From NCBI GenBank assembly GCA_033551855.1, contig JAWSUI010000020.1, positions 1 to 59,586 of the forward strand: 59,586 nt of DNA, read 5' to 3'. The stretch's first letter is position 1. Each line of letters opens with the position of its first letter. The stretch comes from Deferrisomatales bacterium (GTDB lineage Bacteria; Desulfobacterota; Deferrisomatia; Deferrisomatales; JACRMM01). Below the pieces are notes generated by a model. It worked only from the letters and a program-made list of their open reading frames with translations. It was not told the DNA's origin and made no database searches. Below, piece after piece: positions 29,234 through 38,940 of this stretch. The translations under genes were made by a program, and so were the position numbers.

Positions 29234-29406
29234 AGGACTCCCTTGGGCGAGCTTTGGGAAAGCAGGGCCCTCTCCCGGGATCGCACCACGACCTGCGGCA
29301 TCCGCCTCACGTTCCGGCCTGGACGCCGAGCGGTACCCACTGCGAGAAGACCCGCACCCTCGCCAGTGCCTGCGCCACGGACCCTTGCGCCTACGTCCTC
29401 CGGTGA
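29234..29406 (+). pseudogene. Decayed C-terminal domain of the preceding REC-HD-GYP gene
   Basis: In frame after TAA: RTPLGELWESRALSRDRTTTCGIRL; then in a shifted frame CEKTRTLA..DPCAYVLR*. Resembles the LxELxEGMVLxRDxxTxxGxLL..IEKI tail of this family. Confidence 0.5.
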
Positions 29407-29846
29407 GGGAGCCACCGACCGCGCGACGCCCGGGGAAGGGGCTCACCGAACGCGTTGAAGACCTCCCGCACGGGCACCCGCGTGCGCCTGCCCCTCGTTA
29501 CCACGCGGCGCGGCAGACGCACCGGTCAAGATCCCTCCCGAGGGCCTCCGAAAAGAGGTTCATCCAGGAAATGATCGGGTACTCGTGTCCAGGGACGACC
29601 GGGTGGGTCCGGCCACGCAGGCGGACGGCCGCTCGACGGGAGCAGCCGTTTCGGGAGCCGCGATGCCGTGAGGATTCCGGATGCGGCGCGGGAGCGCACC
29701 TACCGTACCCTCCGGCATCGTCCGCCGGAGGGGCGGGCCCACCCGGTCGTTTACCGGAAGAACCCCAAGAGAGAAGGCGGTCTCTCCATCCCTTGGGCAT
29801 TTCCCTCCACAAAGGGGTTTCCGAACCGTACGATCCCGTGGCACCC

Positions 29847-32800
29847 TCAAGCGCCGCCCTCCGGCGGTGACACCCCGCCCCCCGCCGCTCCTGACCCCAG
29901 CAGATCGCACACCTTGCGGGCCAAGGCCTCCTTGGTGAAGGGCTTTTGGAGAAATGCGAGGCCTGCGTCGAGCACCCCATGGTGGACGATGGCATTTTCG
30001 GTATAGCCGGACATGAGGAGGACCCGGAGTCCGGGCTGCAACACCTGAAGGCGCTCGGCCAACTCGCGGCCGCTCATGCCCGGCAGGACCACGTCCGTGA
30101 GCAACAGGTCCACCTCCCCCCCCACCTGCTCGAAGAGCTCGATCGCCTCGAAGGGGCTGGGGGCCTCGTACACCGTGTGACCCCGTGCCCGCAGCCCGCC
30201 GACCACCGCAGTCCTCACCTGGGCTTCGTCTTCCACGACGAGGAGGGTTCCCCGCGGGGCGTCGGAGAGGGCGACGGCTCCCCCCTCATTCGCCTCCGGC
30301 CGTGCCGCGCCCGCACCCTCGGCACGAGGCAGGTACACCTTGAAGGTGCTTCCCCTCCCGGGCTCGCTGTAGACCCAGATGTTGCCCCCGCTTTGCTTGA
30401 CGATGCCGTACACGGTGGCGAGACCGAGCCCGGTGCCTTGGCCCCGTGCTTTCGTGGTGAAGAAGGGCTCGAAGAGCTGTGCCGCGATCTCGGGGGGCAT
30501 CCCGCCGCCCGTATCGCTCACGGCGAGCATCACGTGGGGTCCCGGAATCACGCCCGGGTGCCTCCTAGCATAGCCCTCGTCGAGCTCCACGTTGCGCGTC
30601 TCCACCGTGAGCCTTCCTCCGGTGGGCATCGCGTCCCGGGCGTTGAGGACCAGATTCATCAGCACCTGCTCCATCTGGCCGGGATCTGCCAGAGTCTTCT
30701 CCAAGGCCGGGTCGAGACGCGCCTCGATGATGATGTCCTCGCTGATGAGGCGCCGAATCATCTTCTCGAAGCCGGACACGAGGTGGTTCAAGTCGAGGAG
30801 CTGCGGCTGGAGCACCTGCCTGCGGCTGAAGGCGAGAAGCTGCCGGGTGAGCCCGGCCGCCCTGCCGGCCGCCTCCAGCAAGTCCATCAAGCCCTCTCGG
30901 CAGGTCTCCTCCGGGGGGAGTTGCTCCAACAGAAGTTCCCCCCGGCCCAGGATGATCTGCAGGATGTTGTTGAAGTCGTGGGCAACTCCCCCGGCGAGCC
31001 GCCCCACGGCCTCCAGGCGGTGCGCCTGCACGAGCTGCTCCTGGCTATGCCGAAGCGCATCACGGGTGCGCCGGGCCTCCAGGCTCTGGGACACCGAACC
31101 AGCCACCCCCGACAGCAGCTCCACCTCCTCGTCGTCGAAGGCGTCGGGTTCCGGTGCGTAGAGGGTCAAGACGGCCACCGTCGCATCCTCCGCACCCAGG
31201 GGAAGAGCCAGCACCGACCCGAACCCCCGTCGCAGGGCTGCTGCCCGCCACGGCGCGAACCCCGGGTCGGCCGCAACGTCTCGCGTCGCACAGGCCCTCC
31301 CCGTTCGAACCGCGGTGCCCGTAGGACCGAGTCCCCGTTCCCCCTCGCCCCACGTAAGCCGCAACGCGTCCACGTACCCCTCGTCCGATCCGGCCCGGGC
31401 GACGGGCCGGATCGTCTTGTCGGGGTCTTCCTCCACGAGGCCCACCCAGGCCATGCGGTACCCCCCCTGTTCCACGACATCTCGACAGACCCGCTGGAAG
31501 AGCACCGTTTCGTCGCCGGCCTCGGCTGCAGAACTCTGGACGGCCGAGAGGGTGCGCAGCGCCCGGTTGGCACGGAAGAGAGAAATCTCGTTCCTCTTTC
31601 GCTCCGTCACGTCGATCACGAGAACGGCCACCTGGAACACCTCACCATGGTCGTCCAGGATGGGCTGGAGGAAGCTCTCCAGGAACCGGCCGTCCTGCGC
31701 TTCCTCGAAGCGCACCGGTCTTCGGGTCCGCAGCGCTTCGGCGAAGCGCTCAGCCCGCAGGGAGGCCGCCTCCGGCCGCAAGAGCTCGGCCGCGTTCCTT
31801 CCGATCATCTCCGCCGGCGAAACGCCCAGGCTGCGCGCCGCCGCTTCGTTGGCCGCTAGAACGGTGCCGGCCGGGTCGAGGAGGAGGAGAGGCTCGGAGT
31901 TGCCGTCGATCAGTGCCCGAAGGGTGGCTTCCCTCTCTCGCAGCTCCCGCTCGCGGCGCGCCAAGTCCTCCGCCATGAGGTCGAAGGCACGCGCCACTTG
32001 GCCCAGCTCCCCCGGGGCGTCGTCCAGGCCCGTCCGGGACGAGAGCCTTCCCTCCCCGAGAGCCCTGGCGGCGCGTGCCAAAGCCCTTGCCGGACGCACC
32101 AAGAGCCTTCCTCCCAGCCACCAGGCTGCGGCGAGGGTCACCAGTATCACGGCCCCAAGCCACCCCAGATCCCGCACGAGGATGCGACGGCTCCCCGCGT
32201 AGGCGACCGCGGAAGGGACTCCCACCGTCACGTAGGCTACTTCACGGCCCTGGGATCGGAGGGCGGCCCCCACGTAGAGGCGCTCCACACCGTCGAGTCC
32301 CCGCACCGTGCGGCCTCCCCCCATCGACTCCAGGGCCGACCGCAAGACCTCGGTCCCGGCGGCGGACTGCCCGAGCCACGGGCCGGCATCCGGGTGCCGG
32401 GCAATCACAGTGCCCGCCCGGTCGAAGATGGTGACCTGCGAACCGGGGGGCAAGTCGGCTTCTGCGACGAGCCGAGCGAGCCACCCGGTCCGGAGACCCG
32501 CAACGAGCACCAGGCTCGCGTTTCCGCTCTCGTCGAGAACGGGAAACCCGAAGGGGAGGACCGCCTCTCCCGTTACGCGCCAGATCAGATACTCGCCCAC
32601 CGCAAATCGGCCGTTTTGGAGGGCTTCTTGGAACATGCTGCGGTCCGCGAGGTTCACCGGTTCCCTCAGCCCGCCGGGCGCGCACGCCACTGTCCCGTCC
32701 GGCTGAAACACCAGGAGCGCCGCAAACTGCGGGAACCGGGAGACGACGGACCCGACGAGCTCCTGGCACTGGGCCGATTCCGGGCGGGACACCGCCGGAA

Positions 32801-33023
32801 CGAGCGAGACAGCAGCCAGCACGTGGTGCGCGGCTTCCACGAGTGCGGCCTGTTGGTCCCGTGCGGTGCGGGCCACGCGCAGCGCCTCTTGGTGGGCGCT
32901 CTCCCGCGAGAGGCGGCGCATGGAGACCCCGTTCCAGGCGATGAGTGCCAGGGCCGGGAGCAAGGCCAGCAGCACGAGGAGGGTGATACGGGTACGCAAG
33001 CTGGAGTAGGCGAACGAAACCAC
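29847..33023 (-). CDS. Hybrid sensor histidine kinase (dCache, HAMP, PAS, GAF, HisKA, HATPase, REC)
   Basis: TM-periplasmic-TM, GELGQVARAFDLMA HAMP, PAS, GYRMAWVG GAF, GVAHDFNN, NARDAM, C-terminal VVEDE receiver. Confidence 0.93.
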   Translation of the reverse strand: MVSFAYSSLRTRITLLVLLALLPALALIAWNGVSMRRLSRESAHQEALRVARTARDQQAALVEAAHHVLAAVSLVPAVSRPESAQCQELVGSVVSRFPQFAALLVFQPDGTVACAPGGLREPVNLADRSMFQEALQNGRFAVGEYLIWRVTGEAVLPFGFPVLDESGNASLVLVAGLRTGWLARLVAEADLPPGSQVTIFDRAGTVIARHPDAGPWLGQSAAGTEVLRSALESMGGGRTVRGLDGVERLYVGAALRSQGREVAYVTVGVPSAVAYAGSRRILVRDLGWLGAVILVTLAAAWWLGGRLLVRPARALARAARALGEGRLSSRTGLDDAPGELGQVARAFDLMAEDLARRERELREREATLRALIDGNSEPLLLLDPAGTVLAANEAAARSLGVSPAEMIGRNAAELLRPEAASLRAERFAEALRTRRPVRFEEAQDGRFLESFLQPILDDHGEVFQVAVLVIDVTERKRNEISLFRANRALRTLSAVQSSAAEAGDETVLFQRVCRDVVEQGGYRMAWVGLVEEDPDKTIRPVARAGSDEGYVDALRLTWGEGERGLGPTGTAVRTGRACATRDVAADPGFAPWRAAALRRGFGSVLALPLGAEDATVAVLTLYAPEPDAFDDEEVELLSGVAGSVSQSLEARRTRDALRHSQEQLVQAHRLEAVGRLAGGVAHDFNNILQIILGRGELLLEQLPPEETCREGLMDLLEAAGRAAGLTRQLLAFSRRQVLQPQLLDLNHLVSGFEKMIRRLISEDIIIEARLDPALEKTLADPGQMEQVLMNLVLNARDAMPTGGRLTVETRNVELDEGYARRHPGVIPGPHVMLAVSDTGGGMPPEIAAQLFEPFFTTKARGQGTGLGLATVYGIVKQSGGNIWVYSEPGRGSTFKVYLPRAEGAGAARPEANEGGAVALSDAPRGTLLVVEDEAQVRTAVVGGLRARGHTVYEAPSPFEAIELFEQVGGEVDLLLTDVVLPGMSGRELAERLQVLQPGLRVLLMSGYTENAIVHHGVLDAGLAFLQKPFTKEALARKVCDLLGSGAAGGGVSPPEGGA

Positions 33024-33419
33024 GGATCACCTCGTCGTCGTTGCAGAGAGGCCCGTCGGAGTGAAGCCCGGGATCCGAGCGGCTCCCCGAAGCTCTGGCG
33101 CTGCGGTGGAACATCCGCCCCAGCCAGTGCCCTGGGACCTTCGCGTGTATGGCACAACCGCACCGGGAAGGCAACACGAAGCCAATACACGACGTCGGCC
33201 CTGGGTTTGCCCGCCGCCGGGACAAAACCCCAGGGACCAAGGCCCCAGAGTTGCCCGACCGCTGGCCACAGGGTACTCTCACAGGCTCCGGTTCGTTGCC
33301 ATGTCTGCCGAGGGATTTCTGCCGATGAGCCGCCCCGGCGATCCACTCCTGCGCGCAGGGTGTACCGAGGCCCGAGGACGACCGGGCCCGAGGGCGCCCA
33401 GGTCACTCGGGACCCGACG

Positions 33420-34862
33420 GTGAACGAGGCCCGCCTCTGGCAGTACGCCACGATCGCCTTCGCCGCGGCACTGATGACGCTCACCTCCGCCCACGTGCTG
33501 CTCCACAAGCGCGACGCGCGGGCCGCCGTGGCGTGGATCGGGTTCGTCTGGCTCGCGCCCCTGCTGGGGGTCTTCGTCTACTGGGCGTTCGGCGTCAACC
33601 GCATCCGCCGCCGTGCCCACCTCCTCTTCGCCGGCCGGGAGACCCCGGAGCTGGCGCCCGGTGACGCGGCGGTCACCCCGTCCCAGGTGGAGGAGCTCCT
33701 GGGGAGCGCGCACCCGGCCCTGGACAATCTGGCCGAGCTGGGGGAGCGGGTCACCTCCCTCCCCCTGATGGCCGGCAACCGGGTGGACCCCCTCGTCAAC
33801 GGCGACGAAGCGTACCCCCGGATGCTCGAGGCCGTCGAGGCGGCGGCCGAATCGGTCTCCCTGTCCACCTACATCTTCGACAACGATGCCTGGGGCCGCC
33901 GGTTCCGGGAGGCCCTCGCCGCGGCGGTCGCCAGGGGCGTCGAGGTGCGGGTGCTGGTGGACGACGTCGGCGCGCGCTACTCCATGCCCTCCATCGTCGG
34001 CGGCCTGCGCCGCGACGGGGTGACGACGGCGCGGTTCATGCGCTCCCTCTGGCCCTGGCGGTTCCGGTACTACAACCTGCGCAGCCACCGGAAGATCCTG
34101 GTGGCCGACGGGCGTGTCGGCTTCACCGGGGGCATGAACATCCGCGCGGGCCACGTCCTTCGGGAAGCCGGCCGCCACCCGGTCAAGGACCTGCACTTCC
34201 GGATCGAGGGCCCCGTGGTGGCCGAGCTCCAGAAGGCCTTCGCCGACGACTGGAAGTTCACCGCGGGCGAGACCCTGGAAGGCCCTCGGTGGTTCCCCCC
34301 CGTGGAGCCCTGCGGCCCCACCATCGCCCGAGCCATCAGCGACGGCCCCGACGAGGACTTCGACAAGCTGCGCCTGATCCTTCTGGGGGCGCTGGCCTGT
34401 GCCCAGCGCTCCGTCCGCGTGGCCACGCCCTACTTCCTGCCGGACAGCGAGCTGGCCGCCGGGCTCCAGGTGGCGGCCCTGCGCGGGGTGCGGGTGGAGG
34501 TGGTCCTGCCCGAGGAGAACAACCTGACCCTGGTCCGGTGGGCGTCCACCGCGGCCCTTGAGGATCTGGAGCCGCGCTGCCGGGTCTTCCTCGTGCCCCC
34601 CCCTTTCGACCACAGCAAGGTCATGGTCGTGGACGACGCCTGGGTGCTCCTCGGCTCTGCCAATTGGGACTCCCGGAGCCTCCTGCTCAACTTCGAGCTC
34701 AATGTCGAGTGCTACGACCCGGACCTGGCGGTGCGCGTGAACCGGGTGCTGGAGTCGAAACTCACCATGGCCCGGGAGGTGACCGCCGCCCAACTGCGGG
34801 CCCGCCCCCTCCCCGCCCGCCTCCGGGACCGCTTCTTCCGGCTCTTTTCGCCTTACCTCTGA
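33420..34862 (+). CDS. cls: Cardiolipin synthase (phospholipase D family)
   Basis: N-terminal TM pair (AAVAWI..FGVNRI); two HKD motifs, HRKILVAD and HSKVMVVD. Confidence 0.92.
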   Translation: MNEARLWQYATIAFAAALMTLTSAHVLLHKRDARAAVAWIGFVWLAPLLGVFVYWAFGVNRIRRRAHLLFAGRETPELAPGDAAVTPSQVEELLGSAHPALDNLAELGERVTSLPLMAGNRVDPLVNGDEAYPRMLEAVEAAAESVSLSTYIFDNDAWGRRFREALAAAVARGVEVRVLVDDVGARYSMPSIVGGLRRDGVTTARFMRSLWPWRFRYYNLRSHRKILVADGRVGFTGGMNIRAGHVLREAGRHPVKDLHFRIEGPVVAELQKAFADDWKFTAGETLEGPRWFPPVEPCGPTIARAISDGPDEDFDKLRLILLGALACAQRSVRVATPYFLPDSELAAGLQVAALRGVRVEVVLPEENNLTLVRWASTAALEDLEPRCRVFLVPPPFDHSKVMVVDDAWVLLGSANWDSRSLLLNFELNVECYDPDLAVRVNRVLESKLTMAREVTAAQLRARPLPARLRDRFFRLFSPYL

Positions 34863-34980
34863 TTGAGGTCCCCCAGGGCAGTGCCTCCCGGGGCCCAAGC
34901 CCGTCTTGAGGCAGGCCCGGGGACTCCCTGGAGGCGGCGTAGGCGGCCGCTTCCGGTGGAACCGGGCAGCTTCGCGCACC

Positions 34981-35008
34981 TTGACAGGGGCTCCCTGCCG
35001 GGTACAAA
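34981..35008 (+). promoter_or_regulatory. Putative sigma70 promoter of the patatin-gntP genes
   Basis: TTGACA-N16-TACAAA. Confidence 0.45.
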
Positions 35009-35145
35009 GCCGTGAGGGCCCGAAACCCGGAAACACGGGTGACGGTTTTGGAAGAGCCACAGGCGCCTGGGTCTCCGGGACGCCCCGACCCGTACTCTTA
35101 CCCGTGCCTCTGGGGGAGGCAACCGGACCGGAGGGAGCAGAGCGG

Positions 35146-36234
35146 ATGCGCAGCAAGGACCCAAAAAAGATAGCCCTGGCGCTCCAGGGCGGCGGAGCCC
35201 ACGGCGCCTTCACCTGGGGGGTGCTGGACCGTTTCCTGGAAGACGAGCGGATCGCCATCGAGGGCATCAGCGGCACGAGCGCCGGGGCCATGAACGCGGT
35301 GGTGACCGCGGACGGCCTGGAGGGGGGCGGGCGGCGGGGCGCGCGGGGCGCCCTCGAGGAATTCTGGGGCGCCATCAGCCGACACGGCTCCTTCAGCCCC
35401 TACCACTCGGGGCCCTTCAACCCCTGGGGGGCCGACTGGACGCCGGCGGCCCTGTGGCTCGACGTGCTCTCGCTCATGGTCTCGCCCTACCAGCTCAACC
35501 CGTTCAACCTGAACCCCTTGCGCCAGGTGCTCGAGGAGACCGTGGACTTCGAGCGGCTGCGCCGGTCGAAGTCCGTCCAGCTCTACGTCTCGGCCACCAA
35601 CGTGCGCACGAACCACCTGCACGTCTTCGACACCCCCCGGATCTCCCTGGAGAGCGTGCTGGCCTCGGCCTGCCTTCCCCAGCTCCACCACGCCGTGGAG
35701 GTGGAGGGGGAGTTCTACTGGGACGGGGGCTTCATGGGGAACCCTGTGCTCGAGCCCCTGGTGCGCCGCTGCCAGAGCTCCGACATCGTCATCGTCCAGC
35801 TCAACCCCACCCACCGGGCCGAGGTCCCGACCACGTCCTACGAGATCGCCGGCCGGCTCAACGAGATCACCTTCAACGCGAGCCTCATGCACGAGATGCG
35901 CGCCATCGCCCGGATCACCCGCATGATCGAGACGGGCCTCCTCCGGGATTCCCGTTACGAGCTGACCTTCCTGCACCTGATCGACGCGGGCGAAGCCCTG
36001 TCCGGCCTCGGGGTCCGCAGCAAGCTCGACACGAGCTGGGCGTTCCTCACCCGCCTGCGGGACCAGGGCCGCAGCGAGGCCGGCCGCTGGCTGGAGGAGA
36101 ACTTCACGCACCTGGGATCCCGCACCACCCTGGACCTGGCCGCCTGGGAACCCCTGGACCGGTCCGAGGCGTCGCGGGCTTGGCCGTCCCCGGGGAGTCC
36201 CCGGTCCGACGGTCCGGAAAGCGGCGCGCCGTGA
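35146..36234 (+). CDS. Patatin-like phospholipase/esterase
   Basis: LQGGGAHGAF, GTSAG and WDGG motifs. Confidence 0.93.
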   Translation: MRSKDPKKIALALQGGGAHGAFTWGVLDRFLEDERIAIEGISGTSAGAMNAVVTADGLEGGGRRGARGALEEFWGAISRHGSFSPYHSGPFNPWGADWTPAALWLDVLSLMVSPYQLNPFNLNPLRQVLEETVDFERLRRSKSVQLYVSATNVRTNHLHVFDTPRISLESVLASACLPQLHHAVEVEGEFYWDGGFMGNPVLEPLVRRCQSSDIVIVQLNPTHRAEVPTTSYEIAGRLNEITFNASLMHEMRAIARITRMIETGLLRDSRYELTFLHLIDAGEALSGLGVRSKLDTSWAFLTRLRDQGRSEAGRWLEENFTHLGSRTTLDLAAWEPLDRSEASRAWPSPGSPRSDGPESGAP

Positions 36235-37691
36235 CCGGAGTGGCGGGCATTCTCGCGGCCCTGGGGCTCCTCATCTACCTCTCCTACCGGGGGGTGAGTG
36301 TACTCCTGGCGGCGCCGCTGACGGCCCTCGCGGCCGCCCTGGTGACCGGGGGGGCGCCGCTCCTGGCAACCTATACCCAGGTCTTCATGCCCGCCCTCGG
36401 GCAGTTCGCGGTGCTCTACTTCCCCCTTTTCCTCCTGGGGGCGCTCTTCGGCAAGCTGATGGACGACTCGGGCGCCGCCGGGGTCATCGCCGAAGGCATC
36501 GTGCGCGGGCTGGGGAGGGAGCGGTCCATCCTGGCGATCGTGGTGGCGTGCGCCATCCTCACCTACGGCGGGGTGAGCCTCTTCGTCGTGGCGTTCGCCG
36601 TTTACCCCATTGCCGTGGCCCTCTTCCGGGAGGCCCGGATTCCCAAGCGGCTCATCCCCGCATCCATCGCTTTGGGCGCCTTCACCTTCACCATGACCGC
36701 ACTGCCGGGCACGCCGGCGATCCAAAACGCCATCCCCATGCCCTACTTCGACACCACACCCTTTGCGGCGCCGGGGCTGGGGATCATCGCCGGGGCCATC
36801 ATGCTCCTCGGGGGCATGCTGTGGCTCGCCCGCCGGGAGAAGGCGGCCCTCCGGGCCGGGGAGGGCTTCGGGGCCGAGGAGGAGCCCCACCGGCCTGAGG
36901 TGTCCAAGGAGCTCCGGGACCGCTCCCTGGGGGAGGGCTACGACCTGATGGAGATCTGCGCCGAGGACGAGCTCGCCTGCCGCCCGGAGCCCGGCTTCGC
37001 GGCAGCCGTTCTTCCCGTGGTGCTGGTGATCGGGTTCAACTACCTGTTCGCGGAGTGGATCATCCCGCGCCTGGAGACCGGCTACCTGGCGCTCCCCCGG
37101 TACGGCTCCACGTCGCTCTCCTCGGTGCGGGGCGTGTGGGCGATCATCTCGGCCCTGGTGCTTGCCACGGCGGTCCTGGTCGCACTGAACCGCCGCAGCC
37201 TCCCGAGCCTCAGGCGCTCCATGGACGACGGGGCCAGCGCGTCGGTGCTGCCCCTCTTCAACACGGCCTCCCTGGTGGGGTTCGGGGCGGTGGTCGCATC
37301 CCTGCCGGCCTTCGCCGTCGTTCGGGACGTGGTGCTCGGGATCGCCCCCCAAAACCCCCTCATCTCCCTCGCCATCGCAGTCAACCTCCTGGCGGGCATG
37401 ACCGGCAGCGCCTCCGGCGGGATGAGCATCGCCCTCCAGACCCTGGGGGGGACGTACCTGGAGATGGGGCAGGCCGCCGGGATCAGTCCCGAGCTCCTCC
37501 ACCGGGTCACCTCCATCGCCACCGGAGGGCTCGATGCCCTGCCCCAGAACGGCGCGGTCATCACCCTCTTGACCATCTGCAAGCTGACCCACCGCCAGGC
37601 CTATGCCGACATCTTCGTGGTGGCCGCGGTGGTGCCGATCGTGGCCCTGGTGGCGGTGGTGGCCCTGGGGACGGCCTTCGGGGCGTTCTAG
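36231..37691 (+). CDS. GntP-family permease (possible 3-hydroxybutyrate/organic acid transporter)
   Basis: GTGA overlap; LFGKLMDDSG, LTYGGVSLFVVAF, FTMTALPGTPAIQNAIP, TGSASGGMSIAL. Confidence 0.9.
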   Translation: MTGVAGILAALGLLIYLSYRGVSVLLAAPLTALAAALVTGGAPLLATYTQVFMPALGQFAVLYFPLFLLGALFGKLMDDSGAAGVIAEGIVRGLGRERSILAIVVACAILTYGGVSLFVVAFAVYPIAVALFREARIPKRLIPASIALGAFTFTMTALPGTPAIQNAIPMPYFDTTPFAAPGLGIIAGAIMLLGGMLWLARREKAALRAGEGFGAEEEPHRPEVSKELRDRSLGEGYDLMEICAEDELACRPEPGFAAAVLPVVLVIGFNYLFAEWIIPRLETGYLALPRYGSTSLSSVRGVWAIISALVLATAVLVALNRRSLPSLRRSMDDGASASVLPLFNTASLVGFGAVVASLPAFAVVRDVVLGIAPQNPLISLAIAVNLLAGMTGSASGGMSIALQTLGGTYLEMGQAAGISPELLHRVTSIATGGLDALPQNGAVITLLTICKLTHRQAYADIFVVAAVVPIVALVAVVALGTAFGAF

Positions 37692-37789
37692 CGGCCCGCC
37701 GCTCTCCGCGGGCCCTGCGCGAGGAAGGGGACACGGGGCGACCTCGGAAAGGCCGACCCGCGGACCGACCCGGAAGGGAAGGGCACACC

Positions 37790-38575
37790 CTGAAGATCGT
37801 CTGGAGCGAGCGGTTCCGACAGCCCTACGACACCGACCCCGCCGCCGCACGGGGCCGCCTGGACCCGGCCCTGGGCGCCCTCGCGGGCTGGGCCGAGCGG
37901 GCGAAGCCCACGGCCGCGGCCGAAGAAGACCTGCTGCGCTGCCACACCCCCGGCCATTTGGAGGCCGTGCGTCGGGAGGGGGTGTACCAGGCGGCCGCCC
38001 TGGCAGCCGGGGGGGCCCTCCTGGCCGCCCGGCTCGCGGAAGAGGAACCCTGCTTCGCCCTGGTGCGCCCCCCGGGCCATCACGCCTCCCGGGAGCGGGC
38101 GTGGGGCTTCTGCCACTTCAACAACGTGGCGGTCGCCCTGGCCGAGCGGCGGGCTGCCGGCCGGGTGCGCCGGGCCCTGGTCCTCGACATCGACCTCCAC
38201 TTCGGGGACGGTACGGCGGACATCCTCTTCGGCGAGGGGTGGGCGGAGCTCGTCAACCCCGGGGCCCACCGCCGCGAGGACTACCTGGCCCAGGTCCTTC
38301 GGGCGCTGTGCGGCTTCTCCGGGGACTGGATCGCCGTCTCCGCAGGCTTCGATCACCACGTCAGGGACTGGGGAGGGCTCCTGGAGACCGAGGACTACGC
38401 CCTCATCGGGCGGCATGCGGGCCTCCGGGCCCGAGCCCTGGGAGCGCGGTGCTTCGGGGTCTTGGAAGGGGGCTACAACCCCGCGAGCCTCGCGGAGAGC
38501 GTTTTCGGCTTCTGCAGAGGGCTGCAGCAGGGGTGGGCGGAAGGGGCCCCCGTCACACCGGCTCCAGCACCGTGA
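37790..38575 (+). CDS. Histone deacetylase family protein (probable CTG start)
   Basis: RPPGHHA, GFCHFNN, DIDLHFGDGT, SAGFD, LEGGY; no in-frame ATG or GTG between the gntP stop and LKIVWSERF. Confidence 0.88.
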   Translation: MKIVWSERFRQPYDTDPAAARGRLDPALGALAGWAERAKPTAAAEEDLLRCHTPGHLEAVRREGVYQAAALAAGGALLAARLAEEEPCFALVRPPGHHASRERAWGFCHFNNVAVALAERRAAGRVRRALVLDIDLHFGDGTADILFGEGWAELVNPGAHRREDYLAQVLRALCGFSGDWIAVSAGFDHHVRDWGGLLETEDYALIGRHAGLRARALGARCFGVLEGGYNPASLAESVFGFCRGLQQGWAEGAPVTPAPAP

Positions 38576-38837
38576 TCTCCTCGGGTCCATCGATCATCGG
38601 CCCCAGGAGCGCCATCGTCCGCGACCGGGCATCCGATGCGACCCAGGCGTCCCACGCCTGCCGGGACGTCCACGTGGAGATGACGATGAATCGCAGGGGA
38701 TCCGCGGCGTCCCTCCAGGTCTCCCCGGAGACATAGCCGGGCCGGTGCACCGCCTCGAACCGCATCTGCCGCAGGGCCAGCAGGAAGTCACCGGCCATCC
38801 CCTCGGGAACCCGCCGCTCGATCAGCACGCGTACCAT
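38553..38837 (-). CDS. Antibiotic biosynthesis monooxygenase (ABM) family protein
   Basis: PGYVSGET..ISTW..AWDAW..S pattern; GGAGG RBS. Confidence 0.85.
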   Translation of the reverse strand: MVRVLIERRVPEGMAGDFLLALRQMRFEAVHRPGYVSGETWRDAADPLRFIVISTWTSRQAWDAWVASDARSRTMALLGPMIDGPEEITVLEPV

Positions 38838-38940
38838 CGGTTGCCTCCTCTCCTCCCCCCGCGTCCCGGCACCGCCGGTACCATACTCCCGCCGGAGCCC
38901 CCGTCAACCGGCCCGAGGCCCTCGCCGGCAGACCCCGCGG

